NCBI GenBank assembly: GCA_002633005.1
Contig: NMRA01000002.1
Span: forward strand, 326,044 to 390,043
Direction: 5' to 3'
DNA: 64,000 nucleotides
Source: Phoronis australis
Lineage: Eukaryota > Animalia > Phoronida
Position 1 is the stretch's first letter, and each line of letters begins with the position of its first letter. The notes below the pieces were generated by a model. It did not search any database and was not told where the DNA came from. It worked only from the letters and a program-made list of their open reading frames with translations. Positions 13,360 to 25,738 of this stretch are shown in pieces. The position numbers and the translations under genes are program-made.

Positions 13360-14912
13360 TGACTATGTTTGCAAAATGTCAGTGCCGTCTTATGAATGCA
13401 AAACTAAATGTTGAAAGAATAATGGCTGAAGACAGCATAATACCGCTTGTGGTATCGACCGTCTGCTGAGCAGGCATCGTGCCTTTTGCTTGGGTCCCTG
13501 AATGGCATTGTTGAAATGTCAGTCTACTCAATAAGCAACTGATCTCTCTTCCACGCAAGCGCCTCATTCACTTGTTTAAAGTTCACACACGTTTGCCGCC
13601 GTTTTCTTTGTTTTTTATACTCTTGATGAATATTTTTGATCTTCTGTGTCTTTATGTGGTCCAGTTTGTGTTTTGTAGTTTGGAAATTGTTTCGAAGAAC
13701 TGCTTGTAACAAGTCTAAAATTGTGGTCACTGCTCGATTCATTAAAACCCTAAACTGCAACTCATAACTACAGCCAAAGTATAACTTGCGTTTACATTTC
13801 ACTATCCACCCTTGATGTTACTCCTTTTTTGGCTCTCGGTTTTCACAGATTTTACATTATCATTTCAAGTTGCATTCATGAGGTTTTCTTGGCGTAATTC
13901 TCTTTAAAATGTAATCACTGCCGAGGTTGAAGGCAATACCAGTTACTATGTTTTATATTCACACCAATTAAAGTGTACCTGTTTTTGAACTCCATCAAAC
14001 AAGCTTTTTTTTCTTAATTTTTGCGATGCAACGAGCTTTTGAAGAAGCACAGATCACGCGATGTAGGTGCATGATAGCTTTAGTATTGGAAAATGCTGGA
14101 TGACTTTTTATTAAGTACTGTCGAATATCTTGCAAAGTATCTGGTCGATCAACAACCAAAAATGTTTAATTCACAAATAGGTAGTGTTGGAATACACTGT
14201 GTAACCTGGGACAAGATGTAAATAGTGTATATTCATAACAACAGGTGGCACTTGTAGCATTGAAAAATGAACTTTGAACAGGAAAAGCTTAACTGCATCA
14301 ATCTTTGCTTTGTAAATATTGGCATGAACAGTAAGCAACTTTTGATTTTGCTACTGCAGTTTCTTAAAGAATTGTTAAGGACCATGAAGGCAACTTAATA
14401 TTTTGGACGTCTTGAACTAGCATGCGATTTTTACCTATTTTGCAATACAGTGAGATTGACGTTTGTATCAGTATTAAATAGTACCATTTTTCAATGTGCC
14501 ATTTGCCACCACTTGTTAAAAAATCTGACTGTATACGTGAATATGTATTTGTGTGTACTTGGGTGCGTGTGTGTGCGTCTGTGTGAGAGTTATACAACGA
14601 ATGACCATTTTGTACAGTACTGCCATAATCCTAGGGTATCTTTTACTTGTAACTTCAATTTGTCCACTCTCGTTCCGAAGCAAATGTATTAGGTGGTGAT
14701 AGAGTTTTATGGGTAGTTTGACAACTAAAAAGTTGTAAAATTTTTAAAAAAGCATTTTGTAACATTTCTGTCATGATAGAGAAAACTTACGTAAAATATG
14801 CATTGCATTTTCATATATTTGAGTAAAAGAATAACATTGCATTGTTTATGTTATTGACTTGCCTTATGGGAGACTTTCAAAAAGCAAATGGGAGCTGATC
14901 ACATGGGACTGG

Positions 14913-15108
14913 TGACTCGTATCGCCACCTGGCTGTACCAGAAGGTACTATCGGAAGGCATGTTTGACTTAGTGAAAAGACCCTTTTACAGTGTATCTGA
15001 TTAGATGTGATCCTTTTTAAACACAAGTGAAATTGTCTCGTCTTTAGAGATCACTGGTATCCAATCCCATGTAATTGGTCTCGGATGTTGCTACTTGTAA
15101 GTCTCCTA
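14913..15108 (+). repeat. Dispersed repeat, homologous to 4620-4812
   Basis: Same diagnostic blocks in the same order and orientation. Confidence 0.7.
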
Positions 15109-15295
15109 TTGGCTTCTCCTGTGTGTGTGGCGTTCACATGGAAAATGAAACGGACCTTGTTACCAGCACAGGATGTTCTGGTGAAGGTGACTATCTAAAT
15201 GTGGAGTGCGAACAACAATTTGTCGTGCTACTAGCATTTGCATGGTCCACTAGCCAGGACTTTACTGCCAGATTATCTATTTAAGGCAAGTATCT

Positions 15296-16113
15296 AGGGT
15301 CTGTGACCCCCCACATTGCTCTGAGATTCCAAGCGGTACTTGTTTGAGTAATACTTGAGAAATGGTGACCACCACACTTCACTAAGTCCCTTCAAGATGT
15401 ACTCGGACTCGATAACTATTCTCGAGGTTCTATGGAAGTATTTGGCGCGATAAAACTAGAAAAATGAAATTTAAGGGCATTTTGAAACCTAGTGCCTTCT
15501 ACAGTCCAATCAACGAATTTATAGTTTTCCAATAAAGGATATCTTTGTCGTCTGTGGATATTTCTTATAAAAACATTGTAGGGTATGTACTTTTTAAATA
15601 AAGTTTTATTTAATATTTATACTGATTGCAATTTTAATTATTATAATCATGATGTATAATAAGGTATCTAGTAAATTTTACTATTGATTGAGTACTTTTT
15701 CAANAGGGTCTGTGACCCCCCACATTGCTCTGAGATTCCAATCGGTACTTGTTTGAGTAATACTTGAGAAATGGTGACCACCACACTTCGCTTAAGTCCC
15801 TTCAAGATGTACTCGGACTCCATAACTATTCTCGAGGTTCTATGGAAGTATTTGGCGCGATAAAACTAGAAAAATGAAATTTAAGGGCATTTTGAAACCT
15901 AGTGCCTTCTACAGTCCAATCAACGAATTTATAGTTTTCCAATAAAGGATATCTTTGTCGTCTGTGGATATTTCTTATAAAAACATTGTAGGGTATGTAC
16001 TTTTTAAATAAAGTTTTATTTAATATTTATACTGATTGCAATTTTAATTATTATAATCATGATGTATAATAAGGTATCTAGTAAATTTTACTATTGATTG
16101 AGTACTTTTTCAA
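15296..16113. repeat. 408/409-bp direct duplication joined by a single N (probable haplotype overlap)
   Basis: 15296-15703 and 15705-16113 are nearly identical (a few SNPs, one indel); N at 15704. Confidence 0.9.
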
Positions 16114-18422
16114 GAACGTTACGTAGTAGTCTTGGAATTTTCCGAAGTATGCTGGAGATTTTACTTAGGAGTGCTTGGTGGTCACACTTTCTGTAGTGCA
16201 ACTGAGAGATTTGAGAAGTGTCGGTTTTGAGTACTTTTGTGATTATCTGCATAAAAAATACATTTCTCTATCTGAGGTCATTTTGAGCATGTGGTGTTCT
16301 TTTTCGCCTAATAGGCATTTTGTAAGATAATGTTCTTCATGGTGAAGGATCAAATATTTTTGTCTGAGGAAGGGAATATTGGAACTTCACCTTTAACTGA
16401 GACTGATATGTGTAAACACATAATATTTGAGCAACCTTCTTCAGAAAGGAATTGTTCTGGTAACAAGTTGTCCATATTGTCTGTGTGAACACAGCAGTAG
16501 GCTTGTACAAACAACTGGTGTCTGTACATTAAATATTATCAGGTATTGTATTATGTCCTTTGTCAATAGAGGGCGGTGTTGTTGTACTTTGAGTTAATGA
16601 GCAATGTCACAAGCTGTACTTAACCAATTTAAAGTGCTTTCTTTTGTTACTACCCAAAGTGTATTTACTGCAGGACTATCTGCAGTAGAACTTAATGAGA
16701 AAATATCTCTGTAAATTTCTGCTTATCCCTGGGTTACAAATTGTACTGGAATTAATGATTCTAACAGATTCAAACTGTTCGGCCATTTAAATTCATGAAT
16801 ATTAAATTTGGCACCGATTTCAGGTACTAATCTATCAAATGTTGCATCAGGCTGCAGAAGTGCATTTTGTTTAGAGCATAAGTTGGTGAAATGAAGAGAC
16901 TTGCAAAGTCGTTTAGAGCAGAATACTCAATGAACCATGAGCTGACCCAGCCTGTTAATGAACGAAACTATTTTGTACTAACATGTTTGTAGTTACTGAA
17001 ACTATTGTGCGATAAAAACATGAACAAAGTTTTATTTCAAAGCGAGCTCCGAACAAGTATTTTTACATGAGTGGTCTTGGCTATGTATTTTGTAGTGTAC
17101 GGTAAAGTGTCACTAATTTTTATGACAATGTTGTGGACAAGTGAACTTTCATTTTCTCAATTTTTGTAAAGGATAATATATAGCTCCAAATGGACATTTT
17201 TCCATGTTCAAAATGTTTCACAGCTAGCACCAGACAATATTTTGATAATTTATCGGCATACGCAACAATGTATTAATCTTTGAAGAATGAAAAAAGGACA
17301 ATTTCGGACAATTAGTTTTGTCTGAAATTGGCGAGATGTTACCATTAATTGGCTTCATACAAGTGTATGATAGTTAAAAATGGGTGTATGCCTCATTGGA
17401 TATATTTGCAGCATGCAAATAATTGTTGTTCAGCTTTCTATCAAATACGTAGCAACAGTTTTATGAGAAATTGCTTCAGAAATTTACAAAACTAAAACCA
17501 TGTTTACATTGGCATCCCTCCTTGGACTCAAAAGCTCAACCTATTTGCATTTAGTAAATCTTGTGAATTCATCTTAAAACAGCTCTTTCACACCTGGTGT
17601 TGTGCTGAAGTCATTGTGTACGCCATTAGTTGGTCCATGTTTTTAAGTTGACTGCTAGTCTTAGTTTATTTGTAAATAAAAGTTGTTAGTTTGTTATTAT
17701 TTTTGTCATAATAACAATAATTTAGTTCTTATTTTTATATAATACCTGTAAACACCGTTAGGTCTGAGTTCAAGCTGATGGAGTCTATGCATTTTACACT
17801 TATATAAACCCTTGCCATGTACATAGGACTGTATTGTTAACCTAGTCTTTATTATTATTATTATTATAAAATATAGAATGTTTTTAATAAAACAATAACA
17901 TGTCTGTGTGTTGTGTTCCCTCTTTATTAGCATTTCACTTAGTATGCACTGGTTCACTTGAATGGAATTGACTAAAACTACGATCAAGTGAACACCGAAG
18001 GTGTGCGTTGTAGCTAATATTTCAATTACATGAAGAGCTACTATTAATATCGAATATGTAGCAAAATTTTTACCCATGTTTAGCTTTGAAAACGCACTTT
18101 CTGAAATGTTGAAAAGACAGGTTAAGAGTCAAAAACCTGGGCAAAAGCCTGTTTTTCTATCCAAAAAAATGGGACAAATCCTGGAAATCAGCAGACGATT
18201 GCAGAATAACAGCAATTGTTACTGTTTCTTTGGAAAATGTCTTGATAAAAAAATTGCCTTAGTGCAAATTACAAAATGTGAGCATAACTTAATCTTAAAA
18301 TATCACAAGTACCATTTGTCAAACAAATTTTCTAATCGTAGATCATCTTGTAATTACCTCTGGCAAGGTTATGCGTTTGCCTTTTTTTTAAGGTGTGTGC
18401 TTGTGCGCCCACGCATGTGAAT

Positions 18423-18756
18423 TCCGGGGGTCACTCCCAAGTGTATGGCATCTGCATGTGTACCTAATCCCCTCCTGCGAGTGCCATGCCCCTGCCATCT
18501 GTCCTTGCGGACAGGTTATTATTCAGTGTTCAAGGATGTTTCGTGGCTATTTCTGTGTTTGTTAAAATTGTTTTGACTTTTTGAGAAATAAAATGAGAAT
18601 GCAGGCAGGTAAAAAATCTTGACAAGGCTAAAATGGGAATTAAGACGACCTGTTGAACCCTGCGTGGATCCTGCAAAACACGCACAAAAAGTACTAACTA
18701 TTCGCAATTTTGGTATGCTGATGTGTTCACCTTGGCAATATGAGTGACTCCAGGGG
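18423..18756. mobile_element. MITE with CCGGGGGTCACTC-type TIRs
   Basis: ccgggggtcactc...gagtgactccaggg imperfect inverted ends. Confidence 0.5.
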
Positions 18757-19855
18757 GTGCATGCCTTTTGAGCAGACGATTTTTATGGACATTTCAGGTT
18801 GGAAATGGAGCATAGGTAGTTTATACACAGGGTTGCTTTTCAGTTCCACCAGGGGTAGTCATATTGTCCCTCAAAGTTGATCTTGTTATGGCAAACAAGC
18901 ATGTAAATAACGGACATGATAGGCCAGCCCTATCAGATAAACAAAGTGGCTGGATTTTGAAACTGACTGTTTATGAAGACGACCCTGGCAACCACTGCTC
19001 CGTTAGCAACGTGGTTGCAAAAGCATATTGGTTTTCAATACTTGGACAATTTTACGTGGGTAGGCTGAGCTTCAGAGAGTTCCGATTTGATAAAAAGTAA
19101 ATCCCCGAAACCACCAGCCGCTGAAGCCCACGCACGACCAACATGAGACTATTTGACTTAAACACTATACCCAAAAGCGCCTATGGGAATTTCCAATAGC
19201 ATGCGTTGAAGTAAAACATTTTCAAACCATAGTTACGCCATTGATGTCATAGAATAACAAAACTGATCACATTCTGTGGACAAAGGACCACTCTTTTCAA
19301 AGGTATGAATTATTTCTTTCTCAGCTAACCAGTAATTTTGAAATTACTTTCGGAAAAAAATAGCCAAAAATGACTGATTTGCCACTATTCCCCTTCTGTC
19401 TTTCCAATACCCTGCAGTTGCAACCATGTCTATTAACATACAACTGCCACCCAGTGTACGCTTAAATGCTGTAAACAATATAAAATATGCACAAAGAAAC
19501 CATTTCACGTTTTAATAAATTGAACATAATGTAAAATGTCTTCAATTTAGGACAAAAAAGGGCAAAAATGACATTTCGTTTTTGTCACCTTTTCATTTTG
19601 TGACTGTCGTTCTAGTGTTCGATCATTCTGCAGTGTTCGCTGTTAGGTGAGTGGTTTCCCACTGTTGAAGTTTTTAGTTAAGGAACGAAACATCAGAACT
19701 CTATATAAGTATTATATAATGATGTAAATATGACATCGTTCGCTAAAGTGATAATTTTTTCTCATGAAGAATTGTTATTATTTGCATTCAACTTTCTTTA
19801 ACACTGACACCATTTGCTACTCATCTGGTTTAGGTTTAAAGCATTTCTACAAACT

Positions 19856-19976
19856 CTATTCTTTTGTTCTCTGTAACTTATGAGACCAGACTGGCTTTCT
19901 CTTTTCTAAGAATGCGTCTATCCCCTCTTTGCCATCTTCCAGCTGAAGATTAGACACCATCACTTGACCTGCAAAA
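19856..19976 (-). CDS. ECHDC3: ECHDC3 last coding exon
   Basis: atttag|T TTT GCA GGT CAA...GAA TAG; (D)FAGQVMVSNLQLEDGKEGIDAFLEKRKPVWSHKLQRTKE* (DG.EGI.AFL.KRKPVW motif). Confidence 0.93.
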
Positions 19977-20025
19977 CTAAATCAAGTGGCAACGTTGTTA
20001 GCAATTGTCCACAATGTGTTGCCAA

Positions 20026-20250
20026 TATCACTGGCCAACTCCATACCTCCATATTCACCAGAATGATGCTGCTATCACTGGCCAACTAAATACCTCCATA
20101 TTCACCACAATGATGCTGCTATCACTGGCCAACTAAATACCTCCATATTCACCACAATGATGCTTCTATCACTGGCCAACTAAATACCTCCATATTCACC
20201 AGAATGATGCTGCTATCACTGGCCAACTAAATACCTCCATTATTCACCAG
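20026..20250. repeat. 47-bp minisatellite, about 5 copies
   Basis: tatcactggccaactaaatacctccatattcaccagaatgatgctgc starting at 20026, 20073, 20120, 20167 and 20214. Confidence 0.92.
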
Positions 20251-20687
20251 GTGCCGCTAATGAATAAAGGTAGATCTAATTAAAAAAACATTAAGAGCAT
20301 CAAGCAGTTCATCAGTTTGGGGTTATTCTAGGAATAAAAGCACCATATGATTAGTTGGTACCGGTATCCGTTTTTTGAAATCCGATTTGATGGTGCAGTA
20401 CTTTTTAGTTGCTCAGAAAATCTGTCTGCTTGAATTGACAGAAAAAATGTTTCGAGCATTAAATTTTGTTCAAGTAAGACTATTGCGTACTAACACCACC
20501 TGGTGAACTTCAAGCTCAAGTTATCGGTATAATTTTGATTTAAAAACCTCTTTCAATCTCACAATGAAAACACAATTCTACAGCCAGACTAATGAATACT
20601 ATAGCCAGAGATCTAAACCCAACAGTCGGAGATACTATGCCACACTCATAATGCTGCGGCTCATTGGCCAGATTGGAATATTATGGA

Positions 20688-20832
20688 ACTGATTCAATGA
20701 GAGTAAAAAATCAATTTGATTTTCAGCAGCTCAACAAGGCAAAATGATGTTTTAATTTGAACTGATTCTATGAGAGCAAAAAATCAATTTGACTTTCAGC
20801 TAGCTCAGCAGGGCAGAATGATGTTTTAATTT
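20688..20832. repeat. About 73-bp tandem duplication
   Basis: aactgattc(a/t)atgagag...aatcaatttga...gatgttttaattt present twice in tandem. Confidence 0.8.
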
Positions 20833-20892
20833 ATTTTGCATACAATTAGTGAGCAATTGGCATACTGTAACACCACATGAACACCAACTTAC

Positions 20893-20999
20893 TCATAAGC
20901 TGAATTCCTGTCAACGGAAGCCTGCTGGTAGAAACATGCCTTTCCAAGGGCTACCACTGAGCGGCTTGTCTCACAGATTCTTTTAGCAATCTTCATTGT
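20893..20999 (-). CDS. ECHDC3: ECHDC3 exon 8
   Basis: ttgcag|ACA...TAT GA|gtaagt; TMKIAKRICETSRSVVALGKACFYQQASVDRNSAY. Confidence 0.92.
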
Positions 21000-21937
21000 C
21001 TGCAACAAACTTGCGTTTCTTTAATTTGCTTAAAAGATTTTAATAGTGAATTTCATGTTTTTCAGAGGTTCACACAGAACACTTTATTTTTTAAAATTCA
21101 TTTTTAATTTCCATTCTAATTTTCATCCTTCGTTGTAAATTCAATTTGAAAAAAGAAACTGTTTTGCTCAAATTTGAAAAAAAAACATAAAACAACAGAG
21201 CTTTTAAAATCAGCTGTAACCTGGAGGATGACAACTATATAAAAATTGTTATATATATAATTTGGTAATATTATTTCACAGCTTTAAGAATTGTTGAACT
21301 TATATATTTAGTAAAAGTATTTTATAAATTTTCATATATTTTTGCCAACCAGAAGTACGAAATCAATACAAAACAAAGTCATATGTTCAATGAATGTTAG
21401 AAGGTTCAAAACAAGGCACAATAAGTCAAAGCGTCACCTGTGGTCGAAAAGGTGATGCCAAATGAAGCACTGTCCCAAGTCTGCTATTTTTCAAAGATTG
21501 GACAGGGAAGTATTTGAAACAAAGCAAAATTCTTTGGACATAGAGGACAAAACCGTTACCTTGTTAACCTTTTTGACCGCCATGAATTGGCGATCATTTT
21601 CAAACTGATGCATGTTGAGTACCCAAGTGTGACCTCACCATTGCAGTGAGCACACATCCCATACTCGACATACATCAGTTTGAAAATGACTATAGCACCT
21701 TGGAGGACGAAAATGTCAACAAAGTAACGATTTTGTCGTCTACGTCTAAAGAATTTTTCTCCTCATATGTATTCGAGACGAGTGAATCTTTTTAGTATTT
21801 GGAAAAGATTATGTGCTGGAGAACTGTACAAGTACGGGAAGATGTCAGAAAGGGCTTAAATGATGAGTAGAATCTTGGAAATGACAATCTGTTGACTGCG
21901 CCGCCAATTTTGTCTGACGTGGATATCTAACTTATAC

Positions 21938-21996
21938 CTCGCCTTCTAACTCATCTTCTGGTACAACTCTACTGACTAGGCCGTGACGTAGGGCAT
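21938..21996 (-). CDS. ECHDC3: ECHDC3 exon 7 (copy B, probable allelic duplicate)
   Basis: Same peptide as copy A with one synonymous TTG/TTA change; splice sites intact. Confidence 0.75.
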
Positions 21997-22190
21997 CTGG
22001 AAATAGACGAACCACGTACCATTATTAACTTTCCATTCATCACATGTTCCACATTCACATAATACGCGACTAAGAAAAATAAAATCAATTTCAACATTCA
22101 GAACAATGCAACTTTTTGAACATACAACACATTATCCAACAGTAGGAAATTGAAAATCAACTGAGGCCGATGCAATCACATGGCAATTAC

Positions 22191-22300
22191 CTGCAGCCGT
22201 TATGGGCCACCCCGTGAACAACATCTCCATGGCAATCTTCTTTGGCACTGACCGTACAAGGGCGACACCTGGTGTTGAGCAAAACAAGCCAATGTTTACA
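22191..22300 (-). CDS. ECHDC3: ECHDC3 exon 6 (copy B, probable allelic duplicate)
   Basis: Same peptide as copy A with synonymous differences only (ACA/ACG, GGT/GGG); splice sites intact. Confidence 0.75.
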
Positions 22301-22413
22301 CTGAAACAAATTGGATGTGTCAGGTATCAAAGCAAAGTTTCTACGCACAGTTCTTGTCTAACATCAGTACAATACAACACACTACAATATAACGCATTAC
22401 AATTTCAAAAATN

Positions 22414-22738
22414 AGACTAAAAAACAGTAAAAATGGCCACTGGGTGTCGCAAACTAGGTCGAATCCATCTGAAAACGGGAGGATAGCGTCATCTCACTAA
22501 TAGCTGCCTACATACCAAATTTCATGAAAATCCGTTCAGGACTTTTGAAGATACAAAGGTAAGCGTAAAAAAATAAAATTGCCACTAGGGGGCACACCGG
22601 TGTCCCATTCATCCATGGAAAATATGTGCCAAATTTCATGAACGTATGTCAAAGGGTTTTGGAGATAAAGCAGCGGACGCCAGACGGACGGAGATGACGG
22701 CATAATGCGTCCACATATAAATATGTGGGCGCATAAAA
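22414..22738. mobile_element. DINE-1/HINE (non-autonomous Helentron)-like element, 5' end cut by the contig join
   Basis: (GACG)-type microsatellite at about 22675-22691, terminal hairpin gcgtccacatat-aa-atatgtgggcgc (22707-22732), A-rich end; absent at the equivalent site in the other copy. Confidence 0.55.
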
Positions 22739-23439
22739 TTGTTAAATATATAATTTGGTAATATCACTTCCAAGCTTTAAGAAATGTTGTACTTATATAT
22801 TTAGTAAAAGTATTTTATAAATTTTTACATATTTTTGCCAACCAGAAGTAGGAAATCTAGCTGAAATCAATACAAAACAAAGTCATATGTTCAATGAATG
22901 TTATAAGTTCAAAACAAGGCACAATAAGTCAAAGCATCACCTGTGGCCGAAAAGGTGACGCCAAATGAAGCCCTGTCCCAAGTCTGCTATTTTTCAAAGA
23001 CAGGACAGGAAAGTATTTCAAACACGAGGAGCAAAATTCTTTAGACATAGAGGACAAAACCTTGTTAACCTTATTGAGCGCCATGATTTGGCGATCATTT
23101 TCAAACTGATGCATGTCGAGTACCCAATGTGTGACCTCACCATTGCAGTGAGCAAACGTCCCATACTCGACACACATCAGTTTGAAAATGGCTATCGCAC
23201 CATGGAGAACGAAAATGTCAACAAAGTAATAATTTTGTCGTCTATGTCTAAAGAATTTTTCTCCTCATATGTATTTGGGACAAGTGAATCTCCTTAGTAT
23301 TTGGAAAAGATTATGCACTGGAGAACTGTACAAGTAGGGGAAGATGTCAGAAAGAGCTTAAATGATGAGTAGAATCTTGGAAATGACAATCTGTTGACTG
23401 CGCCGCCAATTTTGTCTGACGTGGATATCTAACTTATAC

Positions 23440-23498
23440 CTCGCCTTCCAACTCATCTTCTGGTACAACTCTACTGACTAGGCCGTGACGTAGGGCAT
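23440..23498 (-). CDS. ECHDC3: ECHDC3 exon 7 (copy A)
   Basis: ttccag|AT GCC...GAG|gtataa; DALRHGLVSRVVPEDELEGE. Confidence 0.9.
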
Positions 23499-23704
23499 CT
23501 GGAAATAGACGAATCACATACCATTTTAATTTAACTTTGTTACATTTATCACATGTTCCACATTCCCATAATACGCGACTAAGAAAAATAAAACCAATTT
23601 CAACATTCAGAACAATGCAACTTTTTGAACATACAACACATTATCCAACAGTAGAAAATGGAAAATCAACAAAACTGAGGCCAATGCAATCACATGGCAA
23701 TTAC

Positions 23705-23814
23705 CTGCAGCTGTTATGGGCCAACCTGTGAACAACATCTCCATGGCAATCTTCTTTGGCACTGACCGTACAAGGGCGACACCTGGTGTTGAGCAAAACA
23801 AGCCAATGTTTACA
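23705..23814 (-). CDS. ECHDC3: ECHDC3 exon 6 (copy A)
   Basis: tttcag|T GTA...GCA G|gtaatt; [36 protein letters not shown]. Confidence 0.92.
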
Positions 23815-24593
23815 CTGAAACAAATTGGATGTGTCAGGTATCAAAGCAAAGTTTCTACGCACAGTTCTTGTCTAACATCAGTACAATACAACACACTACA
23901 ATATAACGCATTACAATTTCAAAAATGAAATAAGTGAAGCAGTTATAACCCCGTCATTGGCTGTTAAAAACAAAATTTTGATCAAATCACATTCTGCTAG
24001 AGGATTGGTCTCAATTTGTTCTTTACTCAGATGAAGAATGATTTCTACGCCATGGAAGAACTAACAGTTCATCAGAACTTGAAACCAATATTGTCACATA
24101 AAATGACACAATGCAACGAGCCTGGTCTCAAGGAATAATGAAGTGTCAGTTCATCTGAAGCCCAAGTGTCTGTTTCGTGACAGTGACTTAAAACTAAAAC
24201 TTAAGACAGAAATTTGATCTTACGCTCCCACGTGACAATTGCTTAAAAAAGATTTGGCCATGTAATTATCAATACATCACAACCTAGAAACGATTCATAG
24301 AAATTATCTCAGTAACTAGCAGTTATGTGTATATTCCAAGAGACTTTGCAATTAGCTCATGTGAGATTTAATTATTTTTCAGAACTAGTAATATGGAGCA
24401 TAAGACTGAATTTTCGTCTTAAATCTTGAAAAACAGGCCCCTGGAACCATGTCTAAGGAAAAGTTAAGACCAGATTGATAACAGCAGTTGGCAGATTTAT
24501 AGCCCCTTAAAATAACACCTTGCATGGGCAAACAGGAATTAACAGTCTTACACAAGACACCACTTCATGGCCACAGTCCTTTATTCCCCTTAC

Positions 24594-24712
24594 CCAGGTG
24601 TTGCAAACTTGGACGTTTCTGAGACAACAGCCATATCACAACTGGCCACAAGCTGACATCCTGCGGCTGTAGCCAGGCCATTCACCTGGGCAATGACTGG
24701 CACCTCCACATC
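24594..24712 (-). CDS. ECHDC3: ECHDC3 exon 5
   Basis: tgaag|GAT...CCT GG|gtaagg; [40 protein letters not shown] (crotonase signature). Confidence 0.95.
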
Positions 24713-25124
24713 CTTCAAGAGGGGGAATATGCAGTAATCAGTGATGATATCTTAATAAACATTATCTTTTAACTGCAAATATTAATAGTATTGCTAATGC
24801 TAAATGAAAACAATGATTATAGGAGGCTACGAAAGAGACAAATGACCAGTAAACAATGCTCTTCAAATACACCTGGATTTACTACACAATAACATCAAAA
24901 AGTCGGATATTGGTTAATGACTATTATTTTATTAAATGCAGTCTGACACAAGTACAACCTTAATTAGTAAAAATTCTTCAACATGGGACCAAAATAATTC
25001 CTAAAATTGTCTCCGTCAATTTTTCAAAGCTTGGTACAATTGTTAAAATTCCAATTAAATTTAACACCATACAAAACGGGCAAAAACAAGAGAAGATTTT
25101 GCAACAAGATACTTTTGATAAGTA

Positions 25125-25633
25125 CACGGCTTGGAATGACCAATGACAAAAAAAGCGGAAATTCTCAAGGCCCCAAACATGTGCGCACCCAGCCTTGAAA
25201 ATGTCGGTGTGGACCTTTTACCGACAAAAACCGGGAGGAGTAAAGAAAAAAAAAAGGTACCACCACCTCCAGAAGCGTGCATCTGCGTCTTTTTAGCTCA
25301 TCTGTCCACTCCCACCTCCACACATTTTTGGCTGCAGAGTCGTGGTATTTGTCACCGCGATTTACAATCTCACGAGACGCCATTGAGGAAATCCACCACG
25401 CTATCCCAGGTTCCCCAACAATGTTGACAATTTACGTTCCTCCGAAACATAAAGAGCAACTTCCGCTTTTCGAGGTGAAAGTCGATGGTTGGCAACGCCG
25501 CGGTAAGAAAGAAATATGCCGCGGAAATTTTATATCAAATCCGATCTTTTTATGCGGAAATATAATAAAATACGCGGACAGAGCATTTGAAAAAAGCGGA
25601 AATCTGCGTTTCCGCGGAAAATTCCAAACCCTG
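25125..25633. mobile_element. MITE of the same family, inverted orientation, 6-bp TSD (taagta)
   Basis: cacggcttggaatgaccaatg...gaaaattccaaaccctg; ends match the reverse complement of 1440-1671; taagta on both sides; internal gcggaaa motifs. Confidence 0.8.
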
Positions 25634-25738
25634 TAAGTAATAGGAAGTTGACAAAACAAAATTTTACTTGTTCAACACAATGAGGAATTTTACCGTAAAT
25701 TACATAACTGAAAATATTGCATAATCCCATCATCCCAC

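Larger units (their letters stand above)
13360..17700 (+). other. Putative long 3' UTR of BMPR1
   Basis: Non-coding, U-rich stretch after the stop; AATAAA at about 17675 followed by a GT/T-rich tract. Earlier AATAAA sites exist, so the end is uncertain. Confidence 0.35.
21240..23926. repeat. About 1.2-kb duplicated block containing ECHDC3 exons 6-7
   Basis: About 21240-22412 matches about 22735-23926 with scattered SNPs and indels; single N at 22413. Confidence 0.9.

Noticed and set aside
20026-20250. 47-bp repeat as a CRISPR array or coding repeat
   Set aside because: Contiguous minisatellite with no spacers, inside an ECHDC3 intron
22202-23928. Duplicated + strand ORFs MG(H/Q)[21 protein letters not shown]
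   Set aside because: Antisense shadows of ECHDC3 exon 6
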